Positions 1-9,408 of a DNA stretch of 29,285 bases are shown here, piece by piece (within the stretch, counting starts at the first letter, position 1; each line of letters opens with the position of its first letter). Origin of the DNA: a virus (lineage: Duplodnaviria > Caudoviricetes). The notes below the pieces were generated by a model. That model saw nothing but the letters and a program-made list of their open reading frames with translations. It was not told the origin of the DNA and made no database searches. The stretch is taken from the IMG/VR virus record IMGVR_UViG_3300037634_007778, positions 1-29,285 of that record. The stretch is one strand, 5' to 3'. Both the position numbers and the translations under genes were made by a program.

Positions 1-1401
1 CCAAGTTTTTAAATTATTTTTAATTGTAGAATTAGTTGCAATTAGTTTATTTTGCTGATCAGTAGATATGACATACATATTTAAATTTCTCTTAAGAGAG
101 TCTGGGTCTTTTTGTACCGATACTCGTTGGACTGAACCGTACTTAGCCGGCATCCTATAAGCAACATTTTCATAATCTGCTTGTGTAACTGCCCTATTTT
201 GTGTCGGAAAAGTGTCATAAATTCTTCTTTTTAGTGCGGTTGAGTTAGCCTCGCTACTTACACCAACAATAGGCTCTTCGTTATTGACTTCTAGAGAATT
301 AATTACTGTATTTATAGTATCACCACTTAACGAAGTTTGATCTTCAAATTCATATGATACTTCAGCAACAACATTAATTGCCTCAACGCCAACATTAGTA
401 TTAACGGGATCTATTCCTCTATATGTTATATATAAAACTGTATTTGATGGTACAATTCCAAAATTCTCATTTTGAGACAGCCGGCTCGGATCGAAAGTGG
501 TGCTCGTAGTATAATCTTTGCCAAAAATATCTAGCGCAACAGATTGTATATCGGCCGCTACATTTGATTGCCCAGATTTTCCACTTCCAAATTGGAGATA
601 ATTTCCGCGGGAGTCCCTTTCAAGAACAAACTTTCTTGAAACTAAATAAGGTTTTAAAATAGATGGAACATTATCGTTCTTATAATTTTTATTAGACATT
701 TCTTTATACACGAGATCTTGGGCTAAATAATCAACTTCAAAATATTCATTCCCATTTGAGTCTACAACTGAAATTATCTCTACAATATTTTTGCTTTTTA
801 ATCTAATTTTCTTAAACCTTTCATAAGATCCGACACGAACCCTCTCTTCATCAAAAAAACCAGATACTACTGCGCCTTCAGCTTTTATAGCATAATAAGT
901 GGGGGCACCAGTAGATGTGCTTGTTTGGGCAACCACCGTAGTAAGCGACGGATCACTAAAATCTACATTTTCTATTAATAGAAAATTAATTCCAGTTTTG
1001 GATGAAAACCGTGTGCCAGCTTTTATTAAAGGGATGTATGCTGTGTCTGGTCCGAGGCCAGTTGAAGAGGCGGGCACAAGTATAAATAATACTATATTAC
1101 CATAGCTCGTGCCTGGACCAGAAGGTTTATATCCTAAAACCCTTCCATGGCGTAAAATATTTGAATACTGATATGCCGTATCCAAAAATGACTCATTAAC
1201 ATTATAGTCTAAGTAAAATGATAATTGATCGCCGACATAAGCTACTGCATCTAACATTATTGCGCCAAAAGATCCCTCGCTGAAATCTTGGAAAGTGTCG
1301 GGATAAAACCTCTCTGCCATCTGCATTAAATCAGCACGGATAGATTCGAAATCTCTATGAGTGTAGTCAATTGGTATTATCTTTTTTTGGTCATCCGCCA
1401 T
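1..1401 (-). CDS. Baseplate wedge protein, T4 gp6-like / baseplate J-like (partial; runs off the window edge)
   Basis: Not in the ORF track because no stop lies in the window. Hand translation from ATG at 1401 gives MADDQKKIIPIDYTHRDFESIRADL...DFSEGSFGAIMLDAVAYVGDQLSFYLDYNVNESFLDTA...GRVLGYKP, later TQNRAVTQADY; both are gp6-family hallmarks. GAAAGGA SD upstream; the frame is still open at position 1 (…NNLKTW). Confidence 0.9.
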   Translation of the reverse strand, partial: MADDQKKIIPIDYTHRDFESIRADLMQMAERFYPDTFQDFSEGSFGAIMLDAVAYVGDQLSFYLDYNVNESFLDTAYQYSNILRHGRVLGYKPSGPGTSYGNIVLFILVPASSTGLGPDTAYIPLIKAGTRFSSKTGINFLLIENVDFSDPSLTTVVAQTSTSTGAPTYYAIKAEGAVVSGFFDEERVRVGSYERFKKIRLKSKNIVEIISVVDSNGNEYFEVDYLAQDLVYKEMSNKNYKNDNVPSILKPYLVSRKFVLERDSRGNYLQFGSGKSGQSNVAADIQSVALDIFGKDYTTSTTFDPSRLSQNENFGIVPSNTVLYITYRGIDPVNTNVGVEAINVVAEVSYEFEDQTSLSGDTINTVINSLEVNNEEPIVGVSSEANSTALKRRIYDTFPTQNRAVTQADYENVAYRMPAKYGSVQRVSVQKDPDSLKRNLNMYVISTDQQNKLIATNSTIKNNLKTW

Positions 1402-1417
1402 AAATTATTTTCCTTTC

Positions 1418-1786
1418 TTAAATAGTAAGTGTAATAGAATCTGTGATGTTTACACCCCTGATCGCATACTCAATCGCTATGTTCATCTGATAGGGGTTTG
1501 TAATGGAGGGGGACGTATTAATTGCTCGAATAGAGATGTAGGGCATGTAGGTGCCAACTTGTGAATTAATAGTGTCGCTTACTTGGGTTTGCCAATTTAT
1601 AGTATTATTCTCAAATAAAAAACGCTTTAATCCCACGCCATAATCAGGGTTCATCACTCTTTCGCCTTTTTCAGTCAATAAGAGCATTTTAAAGTTCTGT
1701 TTTATTTCTTGAATCATCGATTTGTTCATCGTGAATCCATTACCAGAATCCAATGTTAGTGGAAGCTTTACGCCGATAGAAGACAT
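1418..1786 (-). CDS. Baseplate wedge / sheath-initiator protein, gp25/GPW-like
   Basis: 122 aa with the LLLTEKGERVMNPDYGVGLKRFLFE gp25 signature; directly upstream of the gp6-like gene; AAGGA SD. Confidence 0.9.
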   Translation of the reverse strand: MSSIGVKLPLTLDSGNGFTMNKSMIQEIKQNFKMLLLTEKGERVMNPDYGVGLKRFLFENNTINWQTQVSDTINSQVGTYMPYISIRAINTSPSITNPYQMNIAIEYAIRGVNITDSITLTI

Positions 1787-1802
1787 ATCTGTATCCTTTT
1801 TA

Positions 1803-1810
1803 TATAAATA
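1803..1810 (-). promoter_or_regulatory. Candidate late-promoter motif TATTTATA
   Basis: 16 nt upstream of the gp25-like ATG. Related TATTTAAG (1417-1424) and TAATTATA (8424-8431) precede the two neighbouring structural genes. AT-rich, so chance is possible. Confidence 0.35.
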
Positions 1811-1821
1811 TCATCAACTAG

Positions 1822-4800
1822 CTATTTTTTCTTACATATTTCGCCTTTTGAATCAAATGGGTTGGCTTTCTTAAGTTTGTGCCTTTTCCACCATGGCAAA
1901 AATTGTACTCCTGGAGCGCCGCGGAGGGCATTTCTCAAATTCGCGAAGTAAATCCGGGAGGCGTCACTAGCGGGATCTAAATCTAAATCTGTTGTGAATG
2001 TTCTAGAGTGATAATAATTTTTGAACATTCTCTTTATTCTGTGAGTTGAAAGTCTTAATACTTCTCTATCCCAGTCATCGTAATCAAGAACAAAAAGGCC
2101 GCCTTTTCTTCGGTTGCAGACGGAAGCCCAACCATCGGCTCCTTCTCCGATGGTCGGGTTACCATCGCTGTCGATATCTACCCACATGCCGGGCTTGGCG
2201 CCCTCGCCGGAAAGGGTAGAATTGGTTTCGGCATTGGATTCGGAGACAGTGATCTCTCCGATAGAAGCAAGAAATCCCATATCATTATAAATTGCCCATA
2301 AAGCATTTATCTTATTTAATGGAAAAATATACTTATATATTAATTTAAATACACTATCTTCTTTTAAATAATTTAAAAGACATAATAACATTTTACTATC
2401 GCCCTCTAATGGTGCTATTTGAGATATTGGCAAATCAAGAACATCAACCTCCACTGTTGTTAGTGGCAATTTTTCGCCAGATACGAAGATCGAAAATTGC
2501 AACCCATAGCGGACTCCTAATTCTCCGTTTAATCCAACAACTTTGCCGCCGGCGTCAGTAACAAGTTCAAGCGTTCCAGGATAAACATCTGATATATTGA
2601 GAGAGTTGTCATGTTGCTTTATAATCTCAATTGCCTTTGATGAAGTATACTTGGCTCCGTTAATGCTAATATATTTTTCTATTACAAATGGCTTATTTTC
2701 ATCGATAATTGGCTGAAATCCGTAATCTTCGACGTCCCCAACTGGAACAATAATTTTATTCCCCATGGGATTTAATCTATCATGAGGCGAATCTATGTGA
2801 TATTCGCCAGCCATGTATACTGGATCACCATCATCATCCTTTGTAATATGATAATATCCTATATATTCGTCTCCTTTTTCAAATTGGCCGTCTTCATCAA
2901 GTTTTTCAAACACATATAATTCGCCGCCAGGAGTATAAATGTTTTCTCCTTCAGTCTCAAGACCCTGAATCTCTTCTTTTATATCTTTATCTAAAGTAAG
3001 CTCATGGGCGCCCTGGGTCAGATTTTCAAGAAAATAGGCGCCATTATCATCAATTAAAACCTCTGTTTCCATTACTTCCATAGCACTAGTAAACCTTTTA
3101 GCTATAAGGTTCAATTGTTCTACTACTATTTCTTGTAAAACGATTTTTGCTTCATCTTCTGTATCTATAATTGCTTCGAGATTTTTCTTGTATCGATATT
3201 CTTCCAAAGCAGATATACCATCAAAAGGTGTTTGAACATCTTTAAAGTCACCAAGTTTTCTTGCAGCTTTCATGTCTTCTTTAGTAAGACGTGGAAAGCT
3301 TTCAATCATATTGTTGATGGTTCTCAATGCGGCCAAAACATGTGACGGAGGTGAAACAATGTCGCCTCGATCAACTTTTCGCGAATAGGCTTGAACTGCT
3401 TGTTCTAAAAATGCATACCAAAATTCATCATCTTTGAACGTATTAACAAAGTCTGAGTCTACCGCTCCGCGGAAACTTTCTTCTATTCGCGAAATAATAT
3501 ATTGTGCATATATCATACTAAAGTTTTCACTAAAATCTGGTTTAATGGTGCTAAATGTTGCCAATGATTTTATAAAATGTACACTTGAAAATATTCTGGC
3601 TGCGGCAGCAACAAGGCCTTCTAAGCCTGCTGCGGCAGATCTTTCTAAAATTCGATCATATGGAAGCTCTAATACACAATCAGCGTCTCCTTCAAGGCGC
3701 TCGTCTATTGGAATAGTCGGATATATTCTATCAATCATCTCTGATATTTCTCCAAAATCGATTAGACCGGATTTATCTGTGCCCGCATTACACGCGGAAT
3801 ATTCTGGGAACAACTCTTCAAAAAACCCTAACCAACCATCATTTTCTAGAGATGCTATGTAAAAAGGCGGGTTTAAATATGAGCCTCCATAACTGTTGGG
3901 ATCCAAATAGAAAACTCTATTGGGGCCGGGGTTTCGATGGGTTCCGTTTTCAACCTCCCACTGCATCCGACTGATGCCCAATATCTGATCGGATCCTTTA
4001 ATCTTGCGGTCACCGCCGTCTTCATCCTCTACTCTAGCTTTCTTGTAGCGCCTACCGCCCTCTGAAAGAGTTTGTCCGTTATCGACAACATATTCTACAT
4101 CTTCTTCACTTAGTCCATCAAAAGATGTTCCATATTTAAAAGCTGCGTCATTAGCAGCAATTAATGCTCGGATCTGATTGGTTATAGATGACATATGTAA
4201 ATCGTGAAAAGCCTTAACTTCTGATTTTCCTATATTGGCGCCATTATTTTTAAGAATTTCGTGTAATAAAACTACTTGTGGCAGGTAATCCTGCTTGCTA
4301 TTGAATGTTCTTTTGAATGCCGGGTAGTTGTCTAGTCTTATATCACCCACTTGTTCGAACGTATTATCAACTGCCAAGAATTCATATTTTTTATCGGAAC
4401 TGTATTCTTCCTCTGAGTCTCTATCTCTTACTTTTCGCCATCTACACTTATACAGTGAATCTTTAGTAAGTTCGTGTATTGTTATTCTCGCATTATCATC
4501 TGGGCGATTAGCTATGATTCCGGTGGGTTCCCATGGGACGAATTCATCCCTTACAAATTCAGTTTTAGATTTAGGTTGGCGCGTCGGGGATAGTTCAGAA
4601 AGATAAAGCTCTAAATCGAATCCCCAACCCCAAGAAGTATCGGGCCTTTGACCTTGGTTATTGTCTCTAAAGTCTAGTGTAATATCAGGGCTTTGTTTTC
4701 TTTCTTTCTCAACAAGATAAATTTTTTCATTGGAGAAATCGATTTCAAGTTCAATATTATAATATTGGGGGCCCGTGTAGTCTCCGCGAAATATACCTCC

Positions 4801-7800
4801 AAACCTAAAATCACTTACGCGACCTTGATCGATTGTTGTTTTAAGAGAGCCCGCTAATTCATTATTTGATGCAAAAACTGGCTCTACTCTGTCTAACTCA
4901 CTCTGCAGCCACCCGGCGAGCCTTGTTGGATAAGCTCCATATTGATCTTCTACTTTATCATAAGTATTCCAGAATCTATCGCCCTGCGAGGGGGCGTTGT
5001 CGCCTTCGGCGGATTTAACATACATATCAACATATGTTTGAGCACCAAAATCATTCGCAACTTTGCGGCGATGGCTGGTCAAGGGTTTACCATAAGTATC
5101 AGAGAGAATCATGTTCCAGAAACCCCACCTTTTTTGAACCCATCCGCCAAAAAGGCCGCCGGCGCCCATCATATCGGTCATAAAATCCATTTGCAGTAAT
5201 TTTAAACGACTATTTAATCCACTTGTTCTTGCCTTAATCATGGCCGGCGTTTCAAACGGGAAAATTCCATTATCGCAGCCTGGATCGGAGGTCATGGGCG
5301 GAAAATCCGGGCTGAATGGGACTTGAAGTGCTCTAGAAAGCTCATCTAATTGCGCTTTGTGATCGGGCGCCATTTTTTTACATTGTTCTGCTGTGGCGCG
5401 GTCCTCTAGCAAACTACAACGATATTCTGCAAATTCTTCAACTTGCTCATCTGTTGCACAAAGAGATGGATTTGCTGGTAATCTATCACCTTCTGGTAGC
5501 ATTGCTACAAAATCTCCTAGTTGGGCTTTAAAGCCAGCCGGCATTAAATTACCAATATTTGAAAAGAAAGCACCAACAGCTATTTCATTTGGCAGCGCTG
5601 ATTCAAAATCTGGGTATTCGGAGGTGACTAATTGTGCCACTGCAGCTTTAAATTCTGGTGACGGATCTCCTAAAAATGCTTCTGCTAATTCTTGTCGAGT
5701 CGACGAACACGATACATCATTAGCAAAGTTTAAAACTTGCTCCTTATCAGATAAAGCTGCTGTACCTAATCCAAGTTTTGCAAACGCATCAACAACTGTA
5801 TCGTTAACTTGGCTAGCTGTGGCTTCTGAGCCACAAAGAGAATCTTTGATTAGCTGACTTAAGCGACCGGTTTTTTCACCACATTCGTCATAATCAGGCA
5901 TGGCCAAATCGAGTAATGTGCAAGCTGCAGAACTAACTAATTGGCATGCTTTAATGAGCATTCTCATTAAAGTCTTCCATATTAATTCTTGAATCGCCAA
6001 CAAAGCGGCTATCTCAAGCATCTTTCCAAAATCTACTCTAAGGCCGCGCCAGCGGAAATTATTATTAAACCTAGGCCAGACAATATCTCCCACATCTCTA
6101 CAAAATGGTAATTCTATATCTTTAATGAAGTCCATGGGACTGGGCTCAAATAGTGGGGGCCGTGGACAATCAAATGTTGTAATTAAAAATTTGATTAACG
6201 GTGCACCGGGGAATTTATTAAATTCTGAAACGAGTTCAAGTAAATTTTCTTGATATACCTCTAAAAGAGCTTCTATGTATGCTTGCATTAAAATATTATT
6301 GCTTAATTGTTTTCTTTTGTCTTCGCTTCCAATATCAAATTGTTGGGCTAGCGGGCGCCGGTCGTTTTCCGAAACTTTGCCCTTTACAAACTCGTCTAGT
6401 GTGGTATTCTTGTCTATCTTGCTATCGGCCTTGCGGTAAGCTTGCCAAGGCCATCTGAATTCAGCGTGGCCGACAACTTCAGATGTGTCCATACCGGCGG
6501 CGGCATCTGATAATTTTTGATTTGTGCTATCATCTTTAAAAATATCTCCGTTAGCTAATTTTTTCTTTACTAGTGCATCAAGCTCGACTTGTTTTTCATA
6601 AGGAAGTCCTATGAATAGCCGATCAAAATTCTGTACACTCATTGCTTTTAGCGCTTGGTTCAGCATTGTTCCTAAAGCTGCTTCTAATGTCATTCCTTTA
6701 AACAAACACTGGATAGCACCTATCAATAAGCTTTGTAGCCCGCACAATTTTAAATCCCCAAGTGCATCCTGAGAAGTGAACAGTTTCTTTAGTCTTTCGC
6801 CGACGCCGGCCGCAGTAGGCTTCTCCTCTGTGGCTTCTGCCTCTGTGGCTTCTGCCTCTGTGGCTTCTGTCTCTTGAGCGCTTTCGGCGGCTGTGCCCTT
6901 AGCTTTGGCGGCGGCGGCGGCTTTGGCAATCGTGGATCGGGGGCCCTCAGCAGATTCCGCCTCTAGAGTTTCTAGAGCAAGACAAAATTTTGTAAATATA
7001 TTTTTTTCATTTTCAACTTCTTTGTTTGCTTGCGTAAGAGCCATATTATATATATTTTTAAAACTATCGCTTTTATCGTTGCCGCCGGCGGGAGCATTAG
7101 GATCAGAAATCATACCTAGTGCTACCTGTTCCTCAAAATATTTTTCTTGGCCGCGTTTCCCGGGGGGGTAACACGTTTCAGAAAATTTAAATGCTATGGC
7201 ATCTCCAATATCAAAAACATCATCAAGAATATTCTGTCCTAATTGTTTTACTTCATTACGCAAAGCTGCAGCAACACAGCTTTCAACATCGCCTATGTTT
7301 TCTACTGAATGATTAATAGATGAATAAATTTTAGGATAAGTATATTCAATAACAAAATCTAACCACGGCTTTGGAGTTCGGGCGGTTAAATCGGCTTCCA
7401 TTTCATCTAAGCGCGTAAAATATGCTACTGCTGTGGGATCTTTCCAAGCAGAGCGGCCCCTTAAATTGCGGCATGATTTTATAAAAGTACGTGGTACTTC
7501 ACCGCATTCCTTTGTGTATACGAGGAGTTTTTTAAGCTTATACTTTGTATCGAAAGAAAAGGTGATTTTTGTAACGTCGTTATAGCCTCGGAAAATATGG
7601 GGGCGCCCAACACCAGGAATTTCATAACCTTTAAGGTTTAAAAAGGCTTCTAATTGTTTGAGCAATTTTGCCGTAACACATTTGCGTCCGCCGCCAAAAT
7701 CGCCATAAATACTGAGATTAAAAATGGTATCTGGGTTTTCTTCAAAAAAGAGGTTCCCCTTGTCCAGTGCTTGATATTTTTTCAAATAAATATTATAAAG

Positions 7801-8412
7801 CGCCAGCCCTTTTCGGATTTTCATTAGCTTGGGTGCAAGCTCTGCTGCTTTATATGTAACTTCGCGGCGCCCTTCTTCTGCTGCAGCGGCATCTTCTTCT
7901 GCCTCTTCGTCCTCTGTTGGGCCGTCTGCATTTTCTAGCTCATAAAATGTTTCAAAAGGCACCGAATAAAGCAACAACAAAGGCGATTTTGGGCGAGGAT
8001 CCAAATAATAATCTGTATTTTCAAAATCGCTTTGTAGTGCTGCTCTTGATGTTTCGTTATCAACTTTTTCAAAAGCAACTAATAGGGCTTCAATAGCATC
8101 TTCTTTATATTTTTCAAAAACATCATCTATAGCTTCCTGGCCTTGCTCTTCTGTCGCCGAGGTTGCTTCATACGGGCTTTCTTGAAAAATGCTTTTTAAT
8201 GAGGTTACGACCGTGATTTGATAAGTACAATTCTTTTCATTAAAAAAAGGCTCATCAATTGTTAGTGTTTTCCAATCCGGGAGAATCGCATCGGGATTAG
8301 GAGAACATGGTAGACAATTATCAATCGAGGCCTCGGGTACTAGGGCTTCGCATACATCGATTAATCCATCATTATTCTTATCTTGGTGTTTTAAAAATTT
8401 AGATTCTGGCAT
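1822..8412 (-). CDS. Giant (~2196 aa) acidic, Cys-rich protein of unknown function; probably virion/baseplate-associated
   Basis: Long uninterrupted ORF between spike-like and gp25-like genes. Start moved from 8472 to ATG 8412 (MPESKF) to remove a 44 nt overlap with the upstream gene. No recognisable catalytic motif. Confidence 0.75.
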   Translation of the reverse strand: MPESKFLKHQDKNNDGLIDVCEALVPEASIDNCLPCSPNPDAILPDWKTLTIDEPFFNEKNCTYQITVVTSLKSIFQESPYEATSATEEQGQEAIDDVFEKYKEDAIEALLVAFEKVDNETSRAALQSDFENTDYYLDPRPKSPLLLLYSVPFETFYELENADGPTEDEEAEEDAAAAEEGRREVTYKAAELAPKLMKIRKGLALYNIYLKKYQALDKGNLFFEENPDTIFNLSIYGDFGGGRKCVTAKLLKQLEAFLNLKGYEIPGVGRPHIFRGYNDVTKITFSFDTKYKLKKLLVYTKECGEVPRTFIKSCRNLRGRSAWKDPTAVAYFTRLDEMEADLTARTPKPWLDFVIEYTYPKIYSSINHSVENIGDVESCVAAALRNEVKQLGQNILDDVFDIGDAIAFKFSETCYPPGKRGQEKYFEEQVALGMISDPNAPAGGNDKSDSFKNIYNMALTQANKEVENEKNIFTKFCLALETLEAESAEGPRSTIAKAAAAAKAKGTAAESAQETEATEAEATEAEATEEKPTAAGVGERLKKLFTSQDALGDLKLCGLQSLLIGAIQCLFKGMTLEAALGTMLNQALKAMSVQNFDRLFIGLPYEKQVELDALVKKKLANGDIFKDDSTNQKLSDAAAGMDTSEVVGHAEFRWPWQAYRKADSKIDKNTTLDEFVKGKVSENDRRPLAQQFDIGSEDKRKQLSNNILMQAYIEALLEVYQENLLELVSEFNKFPGAPLIKFLITTFDCPRPPLFEPSPMDFIKDIELPFCRDVGDIVWPRFNNNFRWRGLRVDFGKMLEIAALLAIQELIWKTLMRMLIKACQLVSSAACTLLDLAMPDYDECGEKTGRLSQLIKDSLCGSEATASQVNDTVVDAFAKLGLGTAALSDKEQVLNFANDVSCSSTRQELAEAFLGDPSPEFKAAVAQLVTSEYPDFESALPNEIAVGAFFSNIGNLMPAGFKAQLGDFVAMLPEGDRLPANPSLCATDEQVEEFAEYRCSLLEDRATAEQCKKMAPDHKAQLDELSRALQVPFSPDFPPMTSDPGCDNGIFPFETPAMIKARTSGLNSRLKLLQMDFMTDMMGAGGLFGGWVQKRWGFWNMILSDTYGKPLTSHRRKVANDFGAQTYVDMYVKSAEGDNAPSQGDRFWNTYDKVEDQYGAYPTRLAGWLQSELDRVEPVFASNNELAGSLKTTIDQGRVSDFRFGGIFRGDYTGPQYYNIELEIDFSNEKIYLVEKERKQSPDITLDFRDNNQGQRPDTSWGWGFDLELYLSELSPTRQPKSKTEFVRDEFVPWEPTGIIANRPDDNARITIHELTKDSLYKCRWRKVRDRDSEEEYSSDKKYEFLAVDNTFEQVGDIRLDNYPAFKRTFNSKQDYLPQVVLLHEILKNNGANIGKSEVKAFHDLHMSSITNQIRALIAANDAAFKYGTSFDGLSEEDVEYVVDNGQTLSEGGRRYKKARVEDEDGGDRKIKGSDQILGISRMQWEVENGTHRNPGPNRVFYLDPNSYGGSYLNPPFYIASLENDGWLGFFEELFPEYSACNAGTDKSGLIDFGEISEMIDRIYPTIPIDERLEGDADCVLELPYDRILERSAAAGLEGLVAAAARIFSSVHFIKSLATFSTIKPDFSENFSMIYAQYIISRIEESFRGAVDSDFVNTFKDDEFWYAFLEQAVQAYSRKVDRGDIVSPPSHVLAALRTINNMIESFPRLTKEDMKAARKLGDFKDVQTPFDGISALEEYRYKKNLEAIIDTEDEAKIVLQEIVVEQLNLIAKRFTSAMEVMETEVLIDDNGAYFLENLTQGAHELTLDKDIKEEIQGLETEGENIYTPGGELYVFEKLDEDGQFEKGDEYIGYYHITKDDDGDPVYMAGEYHIDSPHDRLNPMGNKIIVPVGDVEDYGFQPIIDENKPFVIEKYISINGAKYTSSKAIEIIKQHDNSLNISDVYPGTLELVTDAGGKVVGLNGELGVRYGLQFSIFVSGEKLPLTTVEVDVLDLPISQIAPLEGDSKMLLCLLNYLKEDSVFKLIYKYIFPLNKINALWAIYNDMGFLASIGEITVSESNAETNSTLSGEGAKPGMWVDIDSDGNPTIGEGADGWASVCNRRKGGLFVLDYDDWDREVLRLSTHRIKRMFKNYYHSRTFTTDLDLDPASDASRIYFANLRNALRGAPGVQFLPWWKRHKLKKANPFDSKGEICKKK
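6826..6874. repeat. In-frame 15-bp tandem repeat (CTCTGTGGCTTCTGC, ~3.3 copies) encoding AEATE repeats
   Basis: Units at 6826-6840, 6841-6855 and 6856-6870 (last base differs), plus a partial CTCT. Confidence 0.95.
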
Positions 8413-8428
8413 TTTTTTATTCTTATAA

Positions 8429-9397
8429 TTAAGTGGTGCGCACGTTATTGCTACAAATATATTTATAACCATATGGTTTAAAATAATTTAATTTCCAAAG
8501 TGTTTTGTTCTTGCGCGCTTCGTGCATAGGTTCAAGACAGCCGGTATCGATCTTCTCCACAACCTGCATGAGTGCATCACCGATAGGTTCTCCATAGGGA
8601 CTGAACGCATAAAAGGATTTGGCCAAGGCCTCATAAAGGTTTCGCTCGATTTTTCCCAATGTCTCTATGCCGGTAATAATCTCGCTTAGAATTTCTTCAA
8701 GCTCTTCTAACGCATCGAGGGTATTATCGCCCAATAAAATCGGTTGTAATGTTTCTATGCCGTTGGCCTTGGGCTCTGTATTATTGCCGGCAATTAAATC
8801 AATTTTCGGAGCTTGTGATAGAACGCCCCCTATTGAATTTGTTTCTCCGTCGCTCCCGGCGCCGCGGACGCCCTGAGCGCGGCCAGTTATAATCTTTATT
8901 CCTTCGCGTCCAATCATTCTTAAGCCATCGGCTTTAAGACATATAGCCGAACGACCCTTAATACTACCAATAGAACCATTTGCAAATCCGAAATTCTTAT
9001 CAACATCTGTTTTTTGACTAATATAAATTCTTGCAGCATCGGTAATCATATTATTTTTTACCATAGTACCGTCTTCCGCGCCGCGGCCGGTGCGGGCGCC
9101 GCCGGCTCGCCCAACAACTAGATCGATAGTAGCACACCTTTGGCCACCGACCCCACCGTAACCGGATTCGGCTCCTTTAGGATAATCTGCGCCCAATACA
9201 ACTGATGCATTACTGTGTTGCATTACACTTTGATTTGGCAGTTGAAGATAGAATACTTCACATTCTGGCGCCTCGGTACCGAGAAGGCCAGAATTAGGAG
9301 GTATTTGGTTTATTATTTCGTTTGCTTCTAATCTATCAAATGTAGTTTCTACGCCACAATCATCTTTAGAATATATTTTTGTTGTATCTCTAGACAT
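8429..9397 (-). CDS. Putative baseplate central spike protein (gp5 C-terminal/gpV-like beta-rich region plus helical tail)
   Basis: Gly-rich short beta-strand pattern (IDLVVGR, ARIYISQKTD, SAICLKADGLRMIGREGIKIITG), then QPILLGD and an amphipathic helix; lies in the baseplate block. Fold inferred. Confidence 0.5.
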   Translation of the reverse strand: MSRDTTKIYSKDDCGVETTFDRLEANEIINQIPPNSGLLGTEAPECEVFYLQLPNQSVMQHSNASVVLGADYPKGAESGYGGVGGQRCATIDLVVGRAGGARTGRGAEDGTMVKNNMITDAARIYISQKTDVDKNFGFANGSIGSIKGRSAICLKADGLRMIGREGIKIITGRAQGVRGAGSDGETNSIGGVLSQAPKIDLIAGNNTEPKANGIETLQPILLGDNTLDALEELEEILSEIITGIETLGKIERNLYEALAKSFYAFSPYGEPIGDALMQVVEKIDTGCLEPMHEARKNKTLWKLNYFKPYGYKYICSNNVRTT

Positions 9398-9408
9398 AAA
9401 ATTTTTAG

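Noticed and set aside
1-1786. T6SS or extracellular contractile injection system (gp25 resembles TssE)
   Set aside because: Context includes a T4 gp6-like wedge, a phage sigma factor and an M23 protein, and no tss or afp accessory genes.
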